Assembly (NCBI GenBank): GCA_036501665.1
Contig: DASXZW010000104.1
Location: 12,902 to 76,901 of the forward strand
Source: Verrucomicrobiia bacterium
GTDB taxonomy: Bacteria > Verrucomicrobiota > Verrucomicrobiia > Limisphaerales > Palsa-1400
DNA length: 64,000 nucleotides
Reading direction: 5' to 3'
Below the pieces are notes generated by a model. That model was not told the origin of the DNA and ran no database searches. It saw only the letters and a program-made list of their open reading frames with translations. Each line of letters begins with the position of its first letter. Position 1 is the stretch's first letter. Positions 18,955-29,049 of the stretch are shown one piece after another. Made by a program: the position numbers and the translations under genes.

Positions 18955-19546
18955 GTCTAGTTCGTCGCATGGGGCCTGCAAAACCGCCGGAAGCCCTCTG
19001 ACCCGCGCCGGGAAATTGGTACGCCGACCTTCTCGGAACCTCTTCCGCCGCATGATTAAAAGCAGTTCCCGGAAACAGGCGGGACTTCGCGGGGACGCTA
19101 TTTTTCGGCGGCGCTCCGGCCAGCTTAAGGGAATCATTTTTCAACGTGAGCGTCGCAGGCGTCCCGCTGTTCAAAATATCAACTTCGCCCGCGTCCTCGC
19201 GAATCTGTAGAACTTCGAGGATGCCGTCCTTTTGGCCCTCGGACAAATCGTAATAGATCGGTTCCTTTTTCTTGTCCTTCGAGATGCAGGCAAATAGAGC
19301 GTGCGTTGATTTCCCAATTTTTAGAAAGCCGGAGAGCTTGATGTCCGGAAGTTCCGTCTTTGGAAACACAAGCGCAGGCGGAGGAGGAAGCGGCCTTAAA
19401 TGAAAGACGTTCCTTTCGCTGATCACGGTGTAAGGATTGGCTTCGTCAACACGACGAGGTGTCGTGGCTCGAAGCGTCCCGCCCAGCACGAAAAAAGGGA
19501 GCCACACCAGTAACCGTGATGCTGCTCTGACATTCATCGTCATCAA
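18944..19546 (-). CDS. Hypothetical secreted protein
   Basis: 200-aa ORF with N-terminal hydrophobic segment RLLVWLPFFVLGGTLRA. I recognise no family. Its 3' end overlaps the convergent MFS gene by 11 nt. Confidence 0.5.
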   Translation of the reverse strand: MMTMNVRAASRLLVWLPFFVLGGTLRATTPRRVDEANPYTVISERNVFHLRPLPPPPALVFPKTELPDIKLSGFLKIGKSTHALFACISKDKKKEPIYYDLSEGQKDGILEVLQIREDAGEVDILNSGTPATLTLKNDSLKLAGAPPKNSVPAKSRLFPGTAFNHAAEEVPRRSAYQFPGAGQRASGGFAGPMRRTRLNQ

Positions 19547-19654
19547 ATATATTCGACCTCCTCTCCAACACCAACGGATAATTAAAGTTGCGGCCCCGTA
19601 CTTTGCTCTTTGAACTCCGTGCCTGCGCCGGTATAACCACCGCGGTATTCATAT

Positions 19655-22600
19655 ATGAGCGTTCCTCCAAACAGTGGTGTCTCAGCCCCCGGCAACGCGC
19701 GACCGCGCGGCGCAAAAAAGCTGATGGCCGCGAATCGCAACGAAATTGCGGTCCGCGTCTTTCGCGCTGCGACCGAACTCGGTTTGCGCACTGTCGCGAT
19801 CTACGCGCAGGAAGACCGGCTGAGCATCCACCGGTTCAAGGCAGACGAAGCTTATCTTGTCGGCCAGGGGAAAGGGCCCGTCAGCGCGTACCTCGATGTC
19901 GAGGGAATTGTCGCGCTGGCAAAGGAAAAGGAAGTCGATCTCATCCATCCGGGTTACGGGTTCCTGGCGGAAAATGCCGATTTCGCCCGCGCTTGCGCGG
20001 CAGCGGGGATTACTTTTGTCGGTCCCCGTCCGGAAATTATCGAGTTGATGGGCAACAAGGTCGCGGCCCGCGCGCTCGCCCAGAAGATCAATGTCTCGAC
20101 GCTGCCGGGAACCGAGGAACCAGTGAAGGACCGCGCCGCCGCCCTCAAGATCGCGCAGGAAATCGGTTACCCGCTGATCATCAAGGCGGCTTTTGGCGGC
20201 GGCGGACGCGGAATGCGCGTCGTGCATAAGGCATCGGAACTTGGCCATTTGCTCGATGAAGCCCAGGGCGAGGCAGGACGGGCCTTTGGCAATTCCGCCG
20301 TCTTTCTGGAAAAATACATCCCGCGCACAAAGCATATTGAAGTTCAAATTCTAGGCGACAAGCACGGGAATGCGGTTCATTTGCACGAGCGCGATTGCTC
20401 CGTGCAGCGACGGCATCAAAAAGTCATCGAAATCGCGCCTTCGAGCGGACTCGACGACGCTGTTCGCAAAGACCTGTGCGACGCCGCTGTCAGCATGGCG
20501 CGGGCTGTCAAGTATGACAATGCCGGGACGGTTGAATTTCTTTATGACCTCGACAAACACCAATGGTTTTTCATCGAGGTCAATCCGCGCATCCAGGTCG
20601 AGCACACAGTAACCGAAGTCATCACCGGTATTGATCTGGTGCGTTCACAAATTCTCATCGCGCAAGGCCACGCCTTGCACGGCGGCGAAGTTAATTTGCC
20701 GCCTCAGGCGGAGATTCCACGGATCGGCTTCGCAGTTCAGGCGCGCGTAACAACCGAGGACCCGGAAAATAAATTCACTCCCGACTACGGCAAAATCCTG
20801 ACGTATCGCTCGACGGGCGGTTACGGTGTGCGCCTTGACGGCGGCATGGGTTACGCGGGCGCGGTGGTCACGCCATTTTACGATTCGCTCCTTGTCAAGA
20901 TCACCGGCTACGGGCGCACTTTCGATCATGCTCTGCAACGGGTGGATCGGGCTTTGCGGGAATTCCGAATTCGAGGCGTCAAAACGAATATTCCATTTCT
21001 CGAAAACGTCATTGCCAATCCCGTTTTCCGATCCGGCCAGGCGACCACCACTCTGATTGACACGACGCCTGAGCTTTTCCAATTCAAGTCGCGCCGCGAC
21101 CGCGCCACAAAATTGCTTTCGTTCCTTAGCGATGTCATCGTCAACGGCAATCCTCAAGCCAAGGGACATCGGCTCAAGGCGCCGTTTCTCCCGGTCGCCC
21201 TCCCCGCCTACGACAAAAAGGCCGCTCCTCCTCCAGGCTCGCGCCAGTTGCTTCTCAAAATGGGCGCGAAGAAATTCGCCCAATGGACCCGCGATCAAAA
21301 ACGGTTGCTCGTCACTGACACAACTTCCCGCGACGCACACCAATCGTTGCTCGCGACGCGCGTTCGCTCTTTCGACATGCTCGCCATCGCCCCGGCAGTT
21401 GCCCGGCGCACACCGGAACTTTTCAGTTTGGAAATGTGGGGCGGAGCGACGTTTGACACCGCCATGCGGTTCCTGCACGAGGACCCTTGGACGCGTTTGC
21501 GGGAATTACGCGAACAAATTCCAAACATCTGTTTTCAGATGCTTTTTCGCGGGGCCAACGCGGTCGGATATTCCAATTACCCCGACAATGCGGTGGCCGG
21601 ATTTGTCAAACATTCGGCGGCATCCGGCATGGATATCTTTCGCGTTTTCGATTCGCTTAATTACACGCCCAACCTGAAAGTCGCGATGGAAGCGGTGCAG
21701 GATACGCACGCAATTTGCGAAGCCGCGATCTGCTACACCGGCGACATCCTGGATCCTTCGCGGACAAAATATTCGCTCAAATACTATGTCAAACTCGCCC
21801 GCGAATTGGAAAAAATGGGCGCGCATTTTCTGGCGATCAAAGATATGGCGGGCCTTTGCCGTCCGTTCGCAGCACGCGCTTTGGTTAAGGCGCTCAAGGA
21901 GGAATTGGATATCCCGATTCATTTCCACACGCACGACACCAGCGGTGTGAATTCCGCTTCCGTGCTTCAAGCCAGCGAGGCTGGGGTCGATGTGGTTGAT
22001 CTCGCCATTGCTTCTATGAGCGGTTCGACCAGCCAGCCAAATCTCAATTCGATTGTCGCCGCACTTCTTCACACACCGCGCGAAACCGGATTGGACCTCA
22101 CAACCCTCAACGAATTTTCCGATTATTGGGAAAACGTCTGCGCCTATTACGCGCCGTTCAACACCGCGCCCCGCAGCGGCACTGCGGATGTTTATAGCCA
22201 CGAAATGCCCGGCGGCCAATACACCAATCTTAAGGAGCAAGCTGCGAGCATGGGCCTGGCGCATCGCTGGCAGGAAATCGCCCGCACTTACACAGAGGTC
22301 AACGCGCTTTTCGGCGACATCGTCAAAGTCACCCCGAGCAGCAAAGTGGTCGGGGATATGGCGATGTTTTTGATTTCGCGCGGCATCCGTCCCGCCGACG
22401 TGTTGAACCTTGAGCCTGGCGAGACGCCATTTCCCGCTTCTGTAATTGACATGCTTATTGGGAATCTCGGCCAGCCTTCCGGCGGCTGGCCAAAGAAATT
22501 GCAGAAGATCGTTCTCGGCGATCAAAAGCCGATTCGCGGTCGCCCTGGCGCGGGGTTGAAGCCGTTGAACCTCAAGAAAATCAAAGACGACGTTTCGCAG

Positions 22601-23152
22601 AAAATTAAGCACGAAGCCACGGACGATGATCTCTTCAGTCATCTGATGTATCCGGAGGTTTTTGCGGAATTCGTGAAGTTCAAGCGCGATTACAGTGATG
22701 TGTCGGTGCTCCCGACGCCGGCTTTCTTTTACGGCCTCAAACCGGGCGAGGAAATTTCGGTTGATATCGAGACTGGCAAAACGCTCTTTATCAAACTGAT
22801 TCATGTCGGCAACATTGACATTGATGGCCGCCGCACCGTGACCTTTGAGTTGAACGGCATGACACGCGAAGCGACCGTTGCCGATCGTTCCGTTCAATCG
22901 AAGGCGAAAACTCGTGCCAAGGCCGACCCTGCCGATCCGCTGCAAGTCGGCGCTCCGATTCCGGGTTTGATTACCGCAGTCGCGGTCAGCGTCGGAGCCA
23001 AGGTTGCTAAAGGCGACAAACTGGTTACGTTGGAAGCAATGAAAATGCAAAGCACCATCTACGCTTCGGGCGATGGAACGGTGGACAGCATTTTTGCGCA
23101 AGTCGGAGACAAGGTGGAAAGCAAGGACTTGCTGATGAAGCTGCGAAAATAA
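19655..23152 (+). CDS. pyc: Pyruvate carboxylase
   Basis: 1165 aa. Biotin carboxylase N-terminus (ANRNEIAVRVFRAATELG, ATP-grasp), carboxyltransferase TIM barrel (HFHTHDTSG) and a C-terminal biotinyl domain with LEAMKMQ. The true start may be the internal Met at 19724. Confidence 0.95.
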   Translation: MSVPPNSGVSAPGNARPRGAKKLMAANRNEIAVRVFRAATELGLRTVAIYAQEDRLSIHRFKADEAYLVGQGKGPVSAYLDVEGIVALAKEKEVDLIHPGYGFLAENADFARACAAAGITFVGPRPEIIELMGNKVAARALAQKINVSTLPGTEEPVKDRAAALKIAQEIGYPLIIKAAFGGGGRGMRVVHKASELGHLLDEAQGEAGRAFGNSAVFLEKYIPRTKHIEVQILGDKHGNAVHLHERDCSVQRRHQKVIEIAPSSGLDDAVRKDLCDAAVSMARAVKYDNAGTVEFLYDLDKHQWFFIEVNPRIQVEHTVTEVITGIDLVRSQILIAQGHALHGGEVNLPPQAEIPRIGFAVQARVTTEDPENKFTPDYGKILTYRSTGGYGVRLDGGMGYAGAVVTPFYDSLLVKITGYGRTFDHALQRVDRALREFRIRGVKTNIPFLENVIANPVFRSGQATTTLIDTTPELFQFKSRRDRATKLLSFLSDVIVNGNPQAKGHRLKAPFLPVALPAYDKKAAPPPGSRQLLLKMGAKKFAQWTRDQKRLLVTDTTSRDAHQSLLATRVRSFDMLAIAPAVARRTPELFSLEMWGGATFDTAMRFLHEDPWTRLRELREQIPNICFQMLFRGANAVGYSNYPDNAVAGFVKHSAASGMDIFRVFDSLNYTPNLKVAMEAVQDTHAICEAAICYTGDILDPSRTKYSLKYYVKLARELEKMGAHFLAIKDMAGLCRPFAARALVKALKEELDIPIHFHTHDTSGVNSASVLQASEAGVDVVDLAIASMSGSTSQPNLNSIVAALLHTPRETGLDLTTLNEFSDYWENVCAYYAPFNTAPRSGTADVYSHEMPGGQYTNLKEQAASMGLAHRWQEIARTYTEVNALFGDIVKVTPSSKVVGDMAMFLISRGIRPADVLNLEPGETPFPASVIDMLIGNLGQPSGGWPKKLQKIVLGDQKPIRGRPGAGLKPLNLKKIKDDVSQKIKHEATDDDLFSHLMYPEVFAEFVKFKRDYSDVSVLPTPAFFYGLKPGEEISVDIETGKTLFIKLIHVGNIDIDGRRTVTFELNGMTREATVADRSVQSKAKTRAKADPADPLQVGAPIPGLITAVAVSVGAKVAKGDKLVTLEAMKMQSTIYASGDGTVDSIFAQVGDKVESKDLLMKLRK

Positions 23153-23202
23153 ATCAACAAAATCCCGTGCGTTTCAACAAACACCGCAGCCGCGAATTTC
23201 AG

Positions 23203-23230
23203 GGTAGGGACGCCTCGCCGAGGCGTCCGC
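23203..23230 (+). repeat. REP-like 28-mer GGTAGGGACGCCTCGCCGAGGCGTCCGC (copy 1 of 3)
   Basis: Intergenic between pyc and fabI. A GTAG tetranucleotide is followed by a palindrome GGACGCCTCG-C-CGAGGCGTCC (10-bp arms). It is identical to the copies at 47637 and 51754. Confidence 0.75.
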
Positions 23231-23268
23231 GATCTGCAGATTAACTTAACCGCTTTAACTCGAAAATT

Positions 23269-24039
23269 ATGTCATTGCTCGCTGGAAAAATCGGATTGGT
23301 TGCAGGCGTCGCCAATAAACGTTCCATCGCTTGGGCCATCGCGCAGGCCTGGCATAAAGCAGGCGCGACGCTGGTTTTCACTTACCAGGGCGAACGCCTC
23401 AAGGAAAATGTCGAGGAACTGGCTGGAACTTTTGGGCCGGACACCTTGATTTTGCCTTGCGACGTTTCACGCGACGAGGACATCACCGCGACATTTTCAA
23501 AAGTCAAAGAAAAATTCGGCAAACTTCATTTGCTTCTGCATTCCGTGGCATTTGCGCCGAAGGAATCGCTGGAAGGCGTTTTTGTCAATACAACGCGTGA
23601 AGCGTTCCGGGTGGCGCACGATGTCAGCGCGTATTCGCTGGTTGCCCTGGCGCGCGAAGCCGCTCCGCTAATGACCGAAGGCGGCAGCATCCTCGCAATG
23701 AGTTATTACGGAGCGGAAAAAGTTGTCCCGCATTACAATGTCATGGGGGTCGCCAAAGCCGCTCTGGAGGCAAGCACGCGTTATCTCGCTTACGATCTCG
23801 GTTCGAAGAAAATCCGCGTCAACTGCATCAGCGCCGGCCCTGTCAATACTTTGGCTGCGCGCGGCATTTCAGGCTTTACCGAAATGCTGAAGATATACGA
23901 GGCCCACTCGCCCTTGAAACGCAATGTTCTCCCCGATGAACTGGGTTCCACCGGAACATTCCTCGCGAGCGATGGCGCAGCCGCCATCACGGGACAAGTC
24001 ATCTACGTCGATTGCGGCTACCAGATCATGGGGATGTGA
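23269..24039 (+). CDS. fabI: Enoyl-[acyl-carrier-protein] reductase (NADH) FabI
   Basis: GKIGLVAGVANKRSIAWAIA N-terminus, catalytic Y-x6-K (YNVMGVAK) and ISAGPVNTLAA. Confidence 0.95.
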   Translation: MSLLAGKIGLVAGVANKRSIAWAIAQAWHKAGATLVFTYQGERLKENVEELAGTFGPDTLILPCDVSRDEDITATFSKVKEKFGKLHLLLHSVAFAPKESLEGVFVNTTREAFRVAHDVSAYSLVALAREAAPLMTEGGSILAMSYYGAEKVVPHYNVMGVAKAALEASTRYLAYDLGSKKIRVNCISAGPVNTLAARGISGFTEMLKIYEAHSPLKRNVLPDELGSTGTFLASDGAAAITGQVIYVDCGYQIMGM

Positions 24040-24050
24040 TCCCTCTTCGG

Positions 24051-25082
24051 TCACTCCACTGGCAGGGCGTAATAGTTGTCGAGTAAAAGTTTGAATAACG
24101 CCGTTGCCGGAATCGCCACAAGCAATCCGAGGATTCCGAACAAAACTCCGCCCGCGAGAAACGCAAAAATCACCGCCACAGGCGGTAGCCGCACGGCTCG
24201 TCCAAGAACAATGGGGCCGACGACCTGATCGATGGTCTGTCGAAGCCCAAACCAAAATGCGCCAAGTCCCAGCAAATTCCAGATCGTCCCCCCATGCATC
24301 GCCACTGATCCAAACAGCAAAAAAGCCGCTACGGTCGGACCAAGCACCGGCAGCAGTTCCAGAATTCCCAGCGCGACTCCAAGCAACATCGGATGCCCCA
24401 CATGAAAAAGTGTCCCCAAGCCAATGGAAACTACCACAGCCGTGAAAAGAACAATGATCAGCAGTCCGCGAACATAACGTAGCATAATTGGATTCGCCTG
24501 GGCCGCAAATGCGCCGATTGCCGGACGATACTCCGGCGGCGCGAGTTGAAGAAGGCCGGTGGCCAGTTCACGCCCTTGAATCAAAAAGTAAAAAAGCAAA
24601 ACCAGAAACAGCACCGCCGTGAATGCCGCGCCCACTGCCAGGCCGCCTAACTTCATGATTTGCGGTTGCGCAAAGCCGATCTGCACCAAACCGGCGACCT
24701 GTTCCGAAATCTCCCTGGCGTCAAGATGAATGCCGAAGAGGTCTGAGTGTTCACCCCCGAGCAGTCGCGCCACCAGAATGTGTGTGTTCGCAGACACATC
24801 GGTCGAAAATTGCATCGCCTCGGTATAGACATTCGTCCCCACCTTCCACGCTCCTCCAAGCACCGCGCCTGCCACTGCCAAGTAGGTCAGGACAGCAGCT
24901 GTAATGCGCGAAAGGAGCGCCCGTTTGTGAAGAAACTCAATCAGCGGCGTCAAAACGTACGCCCCGCCTGCGGCCAATGCAAAGGGAACGAGAATATTCC
25001 GCAGCAGATGCACCATTAAAATGACCAACGCCAACATCAGGCCGAGGGCCCAACCGGAGAGTCTTCGTCTTGTTTGAATCAT
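24051..25082 (-). CDS. AI-2E family transporter (PerM/UPF0118)
   Basis: Multi-TM protein with the conserved C-terminal LPVLGPTVAAF...IDQVVGPIVLG...LPPVAVIFAFLAGGVLFGILGLLVAIP. The ATG at 25082 (MIQTRRRLSGW) is preferred over 25232. Confidence 0.85.
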   Translation of the reverse strand: MIQTRRRLSGWALGLMLALVILMVHLLRNILVPFALAAGGAYVLTPLIEFLHKRALLSRITAAVLTYLAVAGAVLGGAWKVGTNVYTEAMQFSTDVSANTHILVARLLGGEHSDLFGIHLDAREISEQVAGLVQIGFAQPQIMKLGGLAVGAAFTAVLFLVLLFYFLIQGRELATGLLQLAPPEYRPAIGAFAAQANPIMLRYVRGLLIIVLFTAVVVSIGLGTLFHVGHPMLLGVALGILELLPVLGPTVAAFLLFGSVAMHGGTIWNLLGLGAFWFGLRQTIDQVVGPIVLGRAVRLPPVAVIFAFLAGGVLFGILGLLVAIPATALFKLLLDNYYALPVE

Positions 25083-26238
25083 GTCGCGCTTGCTTGATAA
25101 GACCCGATACCGGCTCGATTGCCAAAATAAAATTTGGCCAATTGCTGGAGTCGGTATAGATTCCCTCGCCCTTCCCCCGGGCAAAAAAAGAGTTTTGCGT
25201 TTTTGGAAAGGAAGCCAATTTGGAGGGCGCATACCGCTGCTGGTGTGCCTCTTTTGCTTTTTTCAAACGGCGCTCGGGGTCGAGGAAAAGCCCGTTACTT
25301 TGCGCCTCGGTTTTTTTCCGAATATTACTCATGCCCAGGCTCTGTATGCCCGCGCCACGGGCTACTTTGACAAAAAACTTCCGATCCGGTGGACCGCCTT
25401 TAACGCCGGGCCAACTGCCATCGAGGCTCTGTTTGCGGGCGAGATTGACGCCACGTTCATTGGCCCCGGCCCGACAATCAATGGATATGTCAAATCGCAC
25501 GGCGAAAATTTTGTGATCGTGTCCGGCGCAGCGTCCGGCGGCGCAGCCCTTGTCGTTCGCGGTGATTCCGGGATTGTTAACGATCGTGATTTCGTCGGAA
25601 AAACAATAGCCACCCCGCAACTTGGCAACACGCAGGACATCTCCGCGCGAGCCTGGTTGCGTCAAAAAGGCTATCGCGCAACGGCATCAGGCGGGACGGT
25701 GAACTTGATCGCGCTCTCGAATCCGGATCAATTGACCATGTTCAAGGAAAAACAAATCGACGCCGCATGGACAATCGAACCGTGGGTCTCACGGCTCACC
25801 CTCGAGGCGGGCGGCAAAGTGTTTCTCGACGAGAAGGATATTTGGCCCGAAGGAAAATATGTGACAACGCACCTTGTCGTGAGCCGGAATTTTTTGCAAA
25901 GACACAGCGAGGAAGTGAAGACCCTATTGCGCGCGCACGTCGAAGTAACTCGACTGATCGCGACCAATCCGGCGGCAGCAATGACAATTTTGAACGAACA
26001 AATCCGCAAGGAAACTGGGCGGGCGCTAAAACCCGACGTGATCCAGGAGTCCTTGCGCCGGGTGCAATTGACCTGGGACCCCATCGCGCCTTCGCTCTAC
26101 AAAGACGCCGAGGGCGCGCACGAAATCCATTTTCTGAGAAAACCCGCCGATCTGACTGGTATTTATGACTTGACGCTTTTGAACGAAGTGCTTGCCGAGG
26201 ACCATTTGCAGATGATTACGAATCAGACGCCGCGATGA
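25081..26238 (+). CDS. ABC transporter substrate-binding protein, NitT/TauT (aliphatic sulfonate/nitrate/taurine) family
   Basis: LRLGFFPNITHAQALYA...FNAGPTAIEALFAGEIDATFIGPGP is typical of SsuA/TauA-like SBPs. The start is uncertain; a TTG near 25195 would put it just before the hydrophobic signal IPLLVCLFCFF. Confidence 0.75.
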   Translation: MSRLLDKTRYRLDCQNKIWPIAGVGIDSLALPPGKKRVLRFWKGSQFGGRIPLLVCLFCFFQTALGVEEKPVTLRLGFFPNITHAQALYARATGYFDKKLPIRWTAFNAGPTAIEALFAGEIDATFIGPGPTINGYVKSHGENFVIVSGAASGGAALVVRGDSGIVNDRDFVGKTIATPQLGNTQDISARAWLRQKGYRATASGGTVNLIALSNPDQLTMFKEKQIDAAWTIEPWVSRLTLEAGGKVFLDEKDIWPEGKYVTTHLVVSRNFLQRHSEEVKTLLRAHVEVTRLIATNPAAAMTILNEQIRKETGRALKPDVIQESLRRVQLTWDPIAPSLYKDAEGAHEIHFLRKPADLTGIYDLTLLNEVLAEDHLQMITNQTPR

Positions 26239-26999
26239 AGCTCGCCATCGAAAACGTTTCCAAATCGTACGAAAACGTCGCCGGAAAAAACGCAGTGGCG
26301 CTGGAGCCTGTCAATATGGAAATCAGCGAAGGCGAGTTTGTCGTTTTTGTTGGGCCGTCGGGTTGTGGGAAAACGACCTTGCTCAATCTCATCGCCGGCT
26401 TCGCCCGGCCCAGCGCGGGACGAATTCTTCTTGATGGGAAAGAGGTTGAAAGGCCGGGCCGCGACCGCCTGATGATGTTCCAGGAACCGGCGCTTTTTCC
26501 TTGGCTCAATGTGCTTGACAACGTCAGTTACGGTTTGCCGCGAAATTGGCTGCGCCTTTCAGCCCGGAAGGAAAAGGCCCGCGCGTTCCTGCGAATGGTC
26601 CATTTGGAAAACGCCGAAAAATCCCTGATCCATCAACTCTCAGGCGGGATGAAACAGCGGGTCGCGCTCGCCCGCGCGCTGGCCCCGGACCCGCGCGTGC
26701 TTTTGATCGACGAGCCTTTCACCGGTTTGGACGCAATGGTGAAGCTGGAACTGTATTTGGAATTGCAGCGCATTCATCAGGAGACGCGCAAGACAATCAT
26801 ATTTGTCACGCACGAAATGCAGGAAGCCGCGTGTCTTGGAGATCGGATTTTTATTTTTTCCGGCAGCCCGGGGCGATTGATGCACGAAGTCCGTATCGAC
26901 CTTCCCCGCCCCCGGGATTTTAACGATCCCAAGGTGATGGGTTTTGCCAGCGAATTGATGGAAAAATTGAAGCAAAACACACGCAGCCCCGCCGCATGA
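26235..26999 (+). CDS. ABC transporter ATP-binding protein (NitT/TauT family)
   Basis: Walker A GPSGCGKTT, signature LSGGMKQRVALARAL and Walker B LLIDEPF. ATGA overlaps on both sides. Confidence 0.9.
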   Translation: MKLAIENVSKSYENVAGKNAVALEPVNMEISEGEFVVFVGPSGCGKTTLLNLIAGFARPSAGRILLDGKEVERPGRDRLMMFQEPALFPWLNVLDNVSYGLPRNWLRLSARKEKARAFLRMVHLENAEKSLIHQLSGGMKQRVALARALAPDPRVLLIDEPFTGLDAMVKLELYLELQRIHQETRKTIIFVTHEMQEAACLGDRIFIFSGSPGRLMHEVRIDLPRPRDFNDPKVMGFASELMEKLKQNTRSPAA

Positions 27000-27787
27000 A
27001 ACAGCCGTCAAAAAAATCCGGCGTCGTGCTTGTGCCGCTCTTTTACCTGTTGCTGCTGGCAGCTTGGCAAAGCCTGGCATCGTTGACTCACGCTCGCGAC
27101 TACGTTTTTCCTTCGCCGTGGCAAGTGGCTCAGCGCATGGTGGAACTGGGTCGTGATCACTTGCTCCTCCCCAGCCTCCTGGCGACGCTTAAGCGGATGA
27201 GCATCGGTTTCGCCATTTCGGCAGCGATTGGCCTGGTGATCGGCGCGGCGATGGGAACTTCCTGGATGATCAACAAAACCTTGAAGTCGCTGTTCCTCGG
27301 ACTGCAAACATTGCCGACGGCAGCATGGGCGCCGGTCTCGGTGCTGATTTTCGGGTTAAGCGATCGCGGCATTTATTTCGTCGTTGTCATGAGTTCAATG
27401 TCCGCGGTCGCCATTGCGACGGCCGACGGCATACTCAACATTCCGCCAATTTATCTTCGCGCCGCCCGAACGCTCGGCACCCCGTCCTGGGCAATGTACG
27501 AACGAGTCATCATGCCCGCCGCGCTGCCGGGAATTGTGACGGGTCTCAAGCTCGGCTGGACACTCGGGTGGCACGGCGCAGTTTCAGCCGAATTGATCAA
27601 ATCCAGCGTTGGCCTCGGATTTTTACTTTACATGGGACGCGAATTGAATGACGCCGCGCAAGTTATAGGGATTATGTTATTGACGATCCTTTTTGGCCTG
27701 CTGCTGGATCAATTCCTCTTCGGGTTGATCGAGCGCAAGATCCGCCATCGCTGGGGCCTGACCGCCGAACAGGATTTGGAGCAATAG
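26996..27787 (+). CDS. ABC transporter permease (NitT/TauT family)
   Basis: Six-TM BPD-type permease with the EAA-like loop YLRAARTLGTPSWAMYERVIMPAALP. Confidence 0.9.
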   Translation: MKQPSKKSGVVLVPLFYLLLLAAWQSLASLTHARDYVFPSPWQVAQRMVELGRDHLLLPSLLATLKRMSIGFAISAAIGLVIGAAMGTSWMINKTLKSLFLGLQTLPTAAWAPVSVLIFGLSDRGIYFVVVMSSMSAVAIATADGILNIPPIYLRAARTLGTPSWAMYERVIMPAALPGIVTGLKLGWTLGWHGAVSAELIKSSVGLGFLLYMGRELNDAAQVIGIMLLTILFGLLLDQFLFGLIERKIRHRWGLTAEQDLEQ

Positions 27788-27808
27788 CCCGATCGGTGGC
27801 AATATTCT

Positions 27809-29041
27809 TTATTGCACCGTGTGAGTTGCGGGACGAACGTCCGCCTTCCAAACCGCGCGAATCGCTTCTTCATCGCCAAGCCCATCCGGCACGGCGGAAC
27901 TCGGATTATTTGCGTAATACCAGCGCCGTCCATCCAAGGGCGATCTCTCCGTGCGGCTTCCCGGCATTTCCAAGTGAGCGTTCGTATCCGTCTCGCTGAG
28001 CCAATGCCAGGCGTAACGCAGCCAGTCAGCGCGGTATTCGCGCGTTTGATGCGCAAACCACGTAATTTCGTCGTAGCCCCAGACCCAGATGGTTCCCGCT
28101 TTGGCCTGTCCCGGCTGACGGCTGGCGCCGAAATTATCCAACTCCACAAGGTAAGGGAGATGATCGCATTTCCATCCGCTGTAAGTCGTGCCGCCTTTGC
28201 TACGTCCGTAAAGTCCGTCGGAAAATCCCACCTTCAAGATCGCTTCCTGCGGGCGCTCCGGTGTCTCCATGATCCGCAACGGAAACGAATGAAAATCGAG
28301 AAGCAATTGCCCGTCCCGCACCATCCCGCCGCTGGGAACATGACCATCGCAAAGAATCATATGCCGCCGGGCGTGTTCAGACGCATAGGTGCGAACCAGC
28401 GTCAAGACTTGGGACCAATTCGCGCGATCCGGGTCGCCACGTCCCATCAGCTCCACCTGCCCCCAATGGATCGCTTCGAATCCCAGGTCGATGTAAGACC
28501 TCGCCAGAAAATAAAACCATAGCTTCGTCTCCGGGCGTGTGACATCGGGAACCGAAGCATTGGCGCCCCAATTATGGCCCTTATCAGGCGGAAAGATCAT
28601 ATCGGCATAACGGAAATTCCTCTTCTCGACAGGCTCGCCCATTGCGACAAATGCCCAATCCGGCACAGGCACCTGTTCAACCTGCTTGCTGACGATTTCA
28701 AAAATGCACGCCTGCAGAATCATCTCTGGATCGGTCTCCCTGACTTTGGGAATTTCCTCCTTCGCGCGTTGAAAGTTCTTAAGCAAATTGGACTCGCCTC
28801 CCCAAAGACAAATGCTCCGGCCAATGAATTTCGCCCCGGTATTCTTGAGCATCCGCAGATTGTCATCAAAGTCGCCCCGTCCATTGAGCAAACCCTCCAT
28901 CGTGATCGAACGCGACAAATAATTTTCCAAAACTTCCCGGGAAATCGCGCGGTCGAACTGATAATCGGCAGCCGGCACAGGCAGCGCCGCGTGACAATAA
29001 AAGACGATTGCAAGAACCCCGATGACAAGACGATTTTTCAT
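27809..29041 (-). CDS. Hypothetical secreted protein (possibly TIM-barrel glycosidase-like)
   Basis: 410 aa with signal peptide MKNRLVIGVLAIVFYCHAALPVPAA. I recognise no family with confidence. Confidence 0.55.
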   Translation of the reverse strand: MKNRLVIGVLAIVFYCHAALPVPAADYQFDRAISREVLENYLSRSITMEGLLNGRGDFDDNLRMLKNTGAKFIGRSICLWGGESNLLKNFQRAKEEIPKVRETDPEMILQACIFEIVSKQVEQVPVPDWAFVAMGEPVEKRNFRYADMIFPPDKGHNWGANASVPDVTRPETKLWFYFLARSYIDLGFEAIHWGQVELMGRGDPDRANWSQVLTLVRTYASEHARRHMILCDGHVPSGGMVRDGQLLLDFHSFPLRIMETPERPQEAILKVGFSDGLYGRSKGGTTYSGWKCDHLPYLVELDNFGASRQPGQAKAGTIWVWGYDEITWFAHQTREYRADWLRYAWHWLSETDTNAHLEMPGSRTERSPLDGRRWYYANNPSSAVPDGLGDEEAIRAVWKADVRPATHTVQ

Positions 29042-29049
29042 GGGAATAT

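Noticed and set aside
21506-23101. 531-aa minus-strand ORF (also 20645..21478 and 19682..20347).
   Set aside because: It is fully antisense to the pyruvate carboxylase gene, which is unambiguous. The composition is Arg/Ala/Gly-rich, typical of shadow ORFs in GC-rich coding DNA.
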